A stretch of DNA of 64,000 nucleotides from Octopus vulgaris (lineage: Eukaryota). The position numbers and the translations under genes were made by a program. Under the pieces are notes generated by a model. The model worked only from the letters and a program-made list of their open reading frames with translations, made no database searches and was not told the DNA's origin. Position 1 is the first letter of the stretch. Each line of letters begins with the position of its first letter. The stretch lies in the NCBI GenBank assembly GCA_951406725.2, contig OX597814.1, positions 150,412,001-150,476,000 on the forward strand, in the 5' to 3' direction. Of this stretch, positions 57,818 to 64,000 are shown one piece after another.

Positions 57818-58994
57818 GAAAGCGGCACGCTGGCAGAATCGTTAGCACGCCGGGCGAAATGCTTAGCGGTATTTCGCCTGCGTTACGTTGTGAGTTCAAA
57901 TTCCGCCGAGGTCGACTTTGCCTTTCATCCTTTCGGGGTCGATAAATTAAATACCAGTTACGCACTGGGGTCGATGTAATCGACCTAATACCTATGTCTG
58001 TCCTTGTTTGTCCCCTCTATGTTTAGCCCCTTGTGGGTAGTAAAGAAATAGGTATTTCGCCTGCTCTTACGTTCTGAGTTCAAATTCCGCCGAGGTCGAC
58101 TTTGCCTTTCATCCTTTCAGGGTAGATTAGATAAGTACCAGTTACGCACTGGGGTCAATATAATCGACTTAATCCGTTTGTCTGTCTTTGATTGTCCTCT
58201 TTGTGTTTAGCCCCTTTGTGGGTAGTAAATAAATAAGTATTTCTTCTGCCGCTACGTTCTGAGCTCAAATTCCGCCGAGGTCGACTTTGCTTTTCATCCT
58301 TTCGGGGTCGATTAAATAAGTACCAGTTACGCACTGGAGTCGATATAATCGACTTAATCCGTTTGTCCATCCTTGTTTGTCCTCTCTGTGTTTAGCTCTT
58401 TGTGGGTAGTAAAGAAATAGGTATTCTCTCCTTGATACCATCTGAGTTTAAATTTTGCCGAGGTCGACTTTGCTTTTCGTCCTTTTTGGCTCTATCAATT
58501 AAATACCAGTTACGTACTCGGGTCTATCTAATCGGCTGGCCCTCTCCCCACAAATTTCAGGTTTTTCGCCTATAGTAGAAAGGATTGTTATTATTGAAGG
58601 CTGTGAGCTGGCAGAAACGTTAGCACACCGGGCGAAATGCCTTGCGGTATTTCGTTTGCCGCTATGTTCTGAGTTCAAATTACGCCGAGGTCGACTTTGC
58701 CTTTCATCCTTTCAGGATGGATTAAATAAGTACCAGATTCGCACTGAGGTCGATATAATCGACTTAATCCGTTTGTCTATCTTTGTTCGTCCCCTCTGTA
58801 CTTAGACCCTTGTGGGTAGTAAAGAAATAGGTATTTCGCCCGCGTTACGTTTTGAGTTCAAATTCCGCCGAGGTCGACTTTGCCTTTCATCCTTTAGGGG
58901 TCGACTGATTAAGTACTAGTTGCGTACTGGGGTCGATCTAATCGGCTAGCCCTTTTACCCCAAAATTTTCAAGGCCTTGCGCCTAGAGTAGAAA
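57818..58994 (+). mobile_element. Two adjacent SINE family 1 concatemers (head+A+A+A+B; head+A+B)
   Basis: Units start at 57868, 58051, 58236 and 58420. Second head near 58596 with units at 58646 and 58830. Internal junctions read AAAGAAATA|GGTATT (one degenerate, at 58235/58236). Confidence 0.9.
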
Positions 58995-59039
58995 TAATAA
59001 TAATAATAATAATATGATTCTCCTCAAAATATTTTTGTT

Positions 59040-59578
59040 GCTCTGCGGTGGATATTTTGTGATAATCTTCAGATTCAATAAAGCCACTATCGCCTTGTGT
59101 TCATGGTAAACAATTATTCTATACCAAATTGTTAGAGACTCAAAATGCAGTCATTATTTCTTTGTTTTTCTACCTTGACTTACTAGACCGCTTAGTGTTC
59201 ACTTGAGAATATTAAAACTGTAACTTAATTACGGGACAAGAGGTAACTTTTTGTTTTTGCATTTGGTTTTAGGTAGTAATCTGATTGACTAACGAAATTC
59301 CTTCCTAATCTTTTCTTTCATTCGTGTATAATGGATACTATCTAGATAATTGATTAAATATTAATATATGTGTCATTGGTCTAATATTCTTATCTCTGTT
59401 TCTTTATCTGCTCTGTTATCACTCTTCTTAATTAATTTTCCTCTCTTCACGGTCGCTTTGGAACATCCATTAGTTAACACTCAAACGGATTTATGCGGTA
59501 AATCTATGTATTGTCAATGGCATTCCTTATAGTCGCATATCATTTGCAGCATACAACTTGAGATCATCCGTTTACAAA
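59040..59578 (-). mobile_element. Decayed R4/Dong-like RT fragment
   Basis: Minus-strand TDDLKLYAAND, CSKATVKRG, MKEKIRKEF, SYSFNIL, RKTK. Confidence 0.6.
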
Positions 59579-59591
59579 AGATAGTTAATTG

Positions 59592-59724
<133 letters not shown>

Positions 59725-59764
59725 AATTATAATTATTATTATCATAATTATAATTATAACGTCT

Positions 59765-59960
59765 TCAAATTTTGCCACAAGGGCAGCCATTTCGGGGAAG
59801 GGATTAGTCGGTTACTTTGGCTCCAGAGTTCCACTAGTACTTAATTTATCGACCCCGAAAGGATGACAGGCAAAGTCGATCTCGGCAGAATTTAAACTCA
59901 GAACGTTTAGATAAAATACCACTAAGCACTTCACCCGGGGTGCTAACGCTTCTGCCTCAA
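59765..59960 (-). mobile_element. SINE family 1 monomer (divergent tail)
   Basis: GACCCCGAAAGGATGA..GGCAAAGTCGA..CTCAGAACG...GCTAACGCTTCTGCC. Confidence 0.75.
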
Positions 59961-59969
59961 TAATCATAC

Positions 59970-60024
<55 letters not shown>

Positions 60025-60035
60025 TATAATAATAA

Positions 60036-60918
60036 GCAAAGAACCATGATAAAACGATGGCAAGAAAAACCCCTTCATGGAAAATACTGGACTAAACTAA
60101 ATGCAAAAGAAATAGACAAAGAAAAATCCCGGCAATGGTTGAGAAGCTCAGGACTCAAAGCAGAGACAGAGGGATTTTTAATTGCAGCACAAGACCAAAG
60201 CCTCCCCACCAGAAATTACCAAAAACATGTAATGAAAAGAAATATAACAAGTAACTGCAGAATATGTGGAGATGGACAAGAAACAATAAATCATATTATC
60301 TCTGGCTGCCCAGTCCTGGCTAAGAAGGAATATATTCACAGACAAGACAGAGTTGGAACCTACATACACTGGAAGCTATGCCAACATTATGGAATAACAA
60401 CAGAAAAAAGATGGTATAGCCACACACCAGAAAAGGTCACAGAAAACGAGAAAGCAACCATACTCTGGGATATACCGATACACACAGATAGAGAAATTAA
60501 GGCCAACAGACCAGATATAGTTGTCAGAGATCATGAAGAAAAAAATGCTTTCTAATTGATGTATCAATACCGGCAGATGACAACGTGTCTCTAAAAGAAA
60601 TGGAGAAACTTTCAAAATACAAAGACCTGGAAATAGAGGTAACCAGAATGTGGAATCTAAAAACAGAAACAATTCCTATCATAGTAGGTGCATTAGGCAT
60701 GATAAAAAAATATTCAGACAAATACATAACAAAAACACCAGGACTTACAAACACATATAACATACAGAAAATTGCACTACTAGGCACTGCATACATCCTA
60801 CGCAGAACACTTTCCATACAATAACCATCAGAGCATCACAACAAATCACAGCACATGCCCAAGGCACATAGAGCTGCGCTCGGTAGTGAAGTGAAAGCAC
60901 GCTATAAAAATGAAACTA

Positions 60919-60921
<3 letters not shown>
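60036..60921 (+). mobile_element. Young 5'-truncated R4/Dong-like LINE (CCHC knuckle + REL endonuclease) in (AAT)n
   Basis: WQEKPLHGKY, ETEGFLIAAQDQ, CRICG..QETINHIISGC, RPDIVV, LIDVSIP, KEMEKLSKYKDL. Single frameshift in an A-run near 60540. (AAT)n on both sides. Confidence 0.92.
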
Positions 60922-60964
<43 letters not shown>

Positions 60965-61526
60965 GACATAGAAAGACTATATATACAACGTATAGAAGGT
61001 GGTAGAGGCCTTATACAGCTGGAAAACTACTATAAAATGAAAACGAGAAAGCAACCATACTCTGGGATATGCCGATACACACAGATAGAGAAATTAAGGC
61101 CAACAGACCAGATATAGTTGTCAGAGATCATGAAGAAAAAAAAATGCTTTTTAATTGATGTATCAATACCGGCAGATGACAACGTGTCTCTAAAAGAAAT
61201 GGAGAAACTCTCAAAATACAAAGACCTGGAAATAGAGGTAACTAGAATGTGGAATCTGAAAACAGAAACAATTCCTATCATAGTAGGTGCATTAGGCATG
61301 ATAAAAAAATATTCAGACAAATACATAACAAAAACACCAGGACTTACAAACACATATAACATACAGAAAATTGCACTACTAGGCACTGCCCACATCCTAC
61401 GCAGAACACTTTCCATACAATAACCATCAGAGCATCACAACAAATCACAGCACATACCCAAGGCACACAGAGCTGCGCTCGGTAGTGAAGTGAAAGCACG
61501 CTATAAAAATAAAAATAAAACTACTG
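60965..61526 (+). mobile_element. Second young R4/Dong-like copy with internal deletion
   Basis: Starts DIERLYIQRIEGGRGLIQLENYYK then jumps to ENEKATILWD. The remainder is near-identical to 60442-60921. Confidence 0.9.
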
Positions 61527-61634
61527 AATAATAATAATAATAATAATGAGAAGAAGGAGGAGGAGGAGGGGGGAGAAGAAGCAGAAGAAGAAGAAGAAGA
61601 AGAAGAAGAAGAAGAAGAAGAAGAAGAAGAAGAA

Positions 61635-61830
61635 GAAGGAAATTGAAGTATTTAAGCTGTTGGGCATGAAGGTGAAATCAGTATCAGTAATACCTGGAGC
61701 ATTGGTTAGGAAAAATACATGAACAAAAGCATCAAAGCTATAACTGGACCGAAATCCCTACACACTATCAAAGGGTTAACCTGCTGGGCACAGCTCATAT
61801 CCTATGCAAGGCACTATCTATTTCGATAAT
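61635..61830 (+). mobile_element. Old R4/Dong-like 3' fragment
   Basis: EIEVFKLLGMKVKSVSVIPGAL...LLGTAHILCKALSI. Confidence 0.55.
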
Positions 61831-62034
61831 TCAAAACAATCCGCAAACGCAAAACACATTCTATAGAGCAAATACCCAATAAAATAACTAACAACCATAA
61901 CATATACTCTGCAGGCCAAATACCCTGCAGCGGAACACATCTCGCATTAAAAACACAACACACAATAAAAACACTAATGCAACAAAAGACTGCAGCTAAG
62001 CCCTATAACAAAACAAACTGATGCAATGCAATAC

Positions 62035-62510
62035 CTGGAGAAGTTTGCATTTCACCAACAACAGAAAAGTACACACAATGTTGCTCAGTCCCTAGCATCA
62101 CGTAGGTGTTGCCTAATGCACGTATTAGTATGGGGATCATTTCTGCCATCAAGCCCCACATTCGAGTTACTTCTATTTCTAGATCTTTATATTCCACCGT
62201 TTCCTTAAGATTTACATTGTCATCTGCTGGAACTGATATGTTGTTTAGAAGTTACTTTGCTCTTGGTGGTCGCTGACAATATCTGACGTATTAGTCTTGA
62301 TCTCTCTATCAGTGTGTATTGGCATATCTAAGGGTACAGGTGCTTTGTCACTTTCTGAGACATTTTCTAGAGTATTTTTATACCATCTTTTCCCTGTTCT
62401 CATTCTGTAGTGCTGGCACAGCTTCTAGTGTATATAAGTCCCAACTCTGTCATGTCTAGATGTATTCCTTCTTGGCCAGGACTGAACTAACAGAGACAAC
62501 ATGATTTATT
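62035..62510 (-). mobile_element. Old R4/Dong-like REL fragment
   Basis: EYKDLEIEVTRMWGL..IPILIRALG, with upstream MPIHTDREIK and VLAKKE. Confidence 0.7.
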
Positions 62511-62746
62511 TATTTATTGATTGTTATTACTACAATCGCTATTATTACTACTATTGTTATTATTGCTACTACTTACTCCACATTCATCATTACAATTTCA
62601 GTAGCCATTTTTTATTGCCTGTTACTCTGCACAGTCGATTGTAGCTGTGAATTTATATACGTAGTATTGGAAGTACATTATATATGATGTATTTACACTT
62701 TACGTTATGTGTGTGTATATATACACACGTCCATCCTTTTTGCTGC

Positions 62747-62885
<139 letters not shown>

Positions 62886-63467
62886 TCAAAGATATATACG
62901 TATATACGTGTGTGTGTGTTTCTCTGTGTATGCACGTATATGTTTCTAAGTATCTATATATCAGCATCTCACTTTATCATTTTTATGACAGGTACATTCA
63001 TTTCAAGTCCTTCCTACAAGATATCTGTATATCAGACACGCGCACACTCACACAAACATACGCAAAAGGATTCCCCCATTTATTGTCGTCCATGGGAATT
63101 GATACATCGATAAGGAGATATTTCTTTTCCTGTTGGTCTTTGGCAATAACATATTGACCATTTGCCCCAAAGTTGCCTGCGTAAATCGCCACGTTCTCAC
63201 TCATCACCACTACTGCTAACATCATAACATATTATTGTCATTTTACGATTCTCGTTTATCATTCTATCATCCGCTCTGACCTTGCTATTGTACATACTTA
63301 TACCAACTCTTATCTCTGTTACATTATATACTTGTCAGTGTGAATGTGCGCACTTGCTGGCGTGTGTATTTTATACGTATATGTGTCAGGGATTGTGGTA
63401 CACACACACACACATATATATATATATTTATATATATGCGTATATTTATGGGTCTATATGTGTTATG

Positions 63468-63524
<57 letters not shown>

Positions 63525-64000
63525 TGTGTGTGTGTATGTCTGTGTGTTGTATATGTCTATATGTTATGCATGCATATATGTACGTTCTGGATATGACTTC
63601 AAATTGCATCTTGTAATGGGTCTGTGGTTCGAGAGTTCCAAAGTTATGGGAAGAGTGGAACCATCTCTTAGTCACTATTGTTCTCAGTTCTGCTCCGATC
63701 TGAAGTAGTAAAACCCGTCAAGTTCCCCACTACAGGTTACCTAGATTATCTGATGACAATCCCTCTGAGAACGAGGACTTAGAAATACCCTTGGTTAGTG
63801 TCAGAGAGCTCAGTAAAAACAGTTGTCACTACAGCAGTGGAGTACAGAGATTCAGGGATGTAAAACCAGTAGTTTCATGTGATTACTGGTCATCTCATTT
63901 CGGTATATCACTAGATTCTTATCACGGTGACTCAGAGAGTCATACTCGTGTTGTACAGTTGTTTATCACTGTAACCAAATGATGCACAGATGCTTCCTTA

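Noticed and set aside
57868-58050. SINE concatemer unit as a hammerhead retrozyme
   Set aside because: No CUGANGA...GAAA core was found on either strand of the unit by eye. Other ribozyme classes were not excluded.
57818-58994. Regularly spaced repeats as a CRISPR array or satellite
   Set aside because: Whole ~184-bp units are homologous with no unique spacers, carry Pol III boxes, and sister arrays have TSDs. There are no cas genes and the context is eukaryotic.

Overview
This is AT-rich, microsatellite-dense animal DNA, intergenic or intronic. The SINE/LINE repertoire suggests a cephalopod, probably Octopus (inference from repeat recognition). I found no convincing host exon, rRNA, true tRNA or CRISPR array, and most track ORFs are translated microsatellites. 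The window holds: an uninterrupted 5'-truncated CR1-group LINE ORF2 (APE+RT, 51790-54634, minus); clusters of R4/Dong-type restriction-like-endonuclease LINE fragments in (AAT)n arrays (30.4-34.5 kb, 43-44 kb, 59-63 kb); several Penelope-like (GIY-YIG) remnants with minimal hammerhead motifs; a Tx1-like LINE 3' end; an internally deleted mariner with TIRs and TA duplication; Tigger-, Tc1- and Helitron-like relics; and several tRNA-derived SINE families. The four most interesting signals are: (1) a SINE forming precise ~184-bp head-to-tail concatemers whose internal tail matches the 3' end of the Tx1-like LINE and also moves alone; (2) a ~441-bp doubly palindromic, terminally redundant unit with hammerhead-like cores on both strands (49616-50091); (3) a hammerhead family with an apparent compensatory A3-U8 core; (4) a ~1.5-kb inversion that splits an R4 LINE and a second repeat. 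All structures were read by eye; no alignments, folding or database searches were run.
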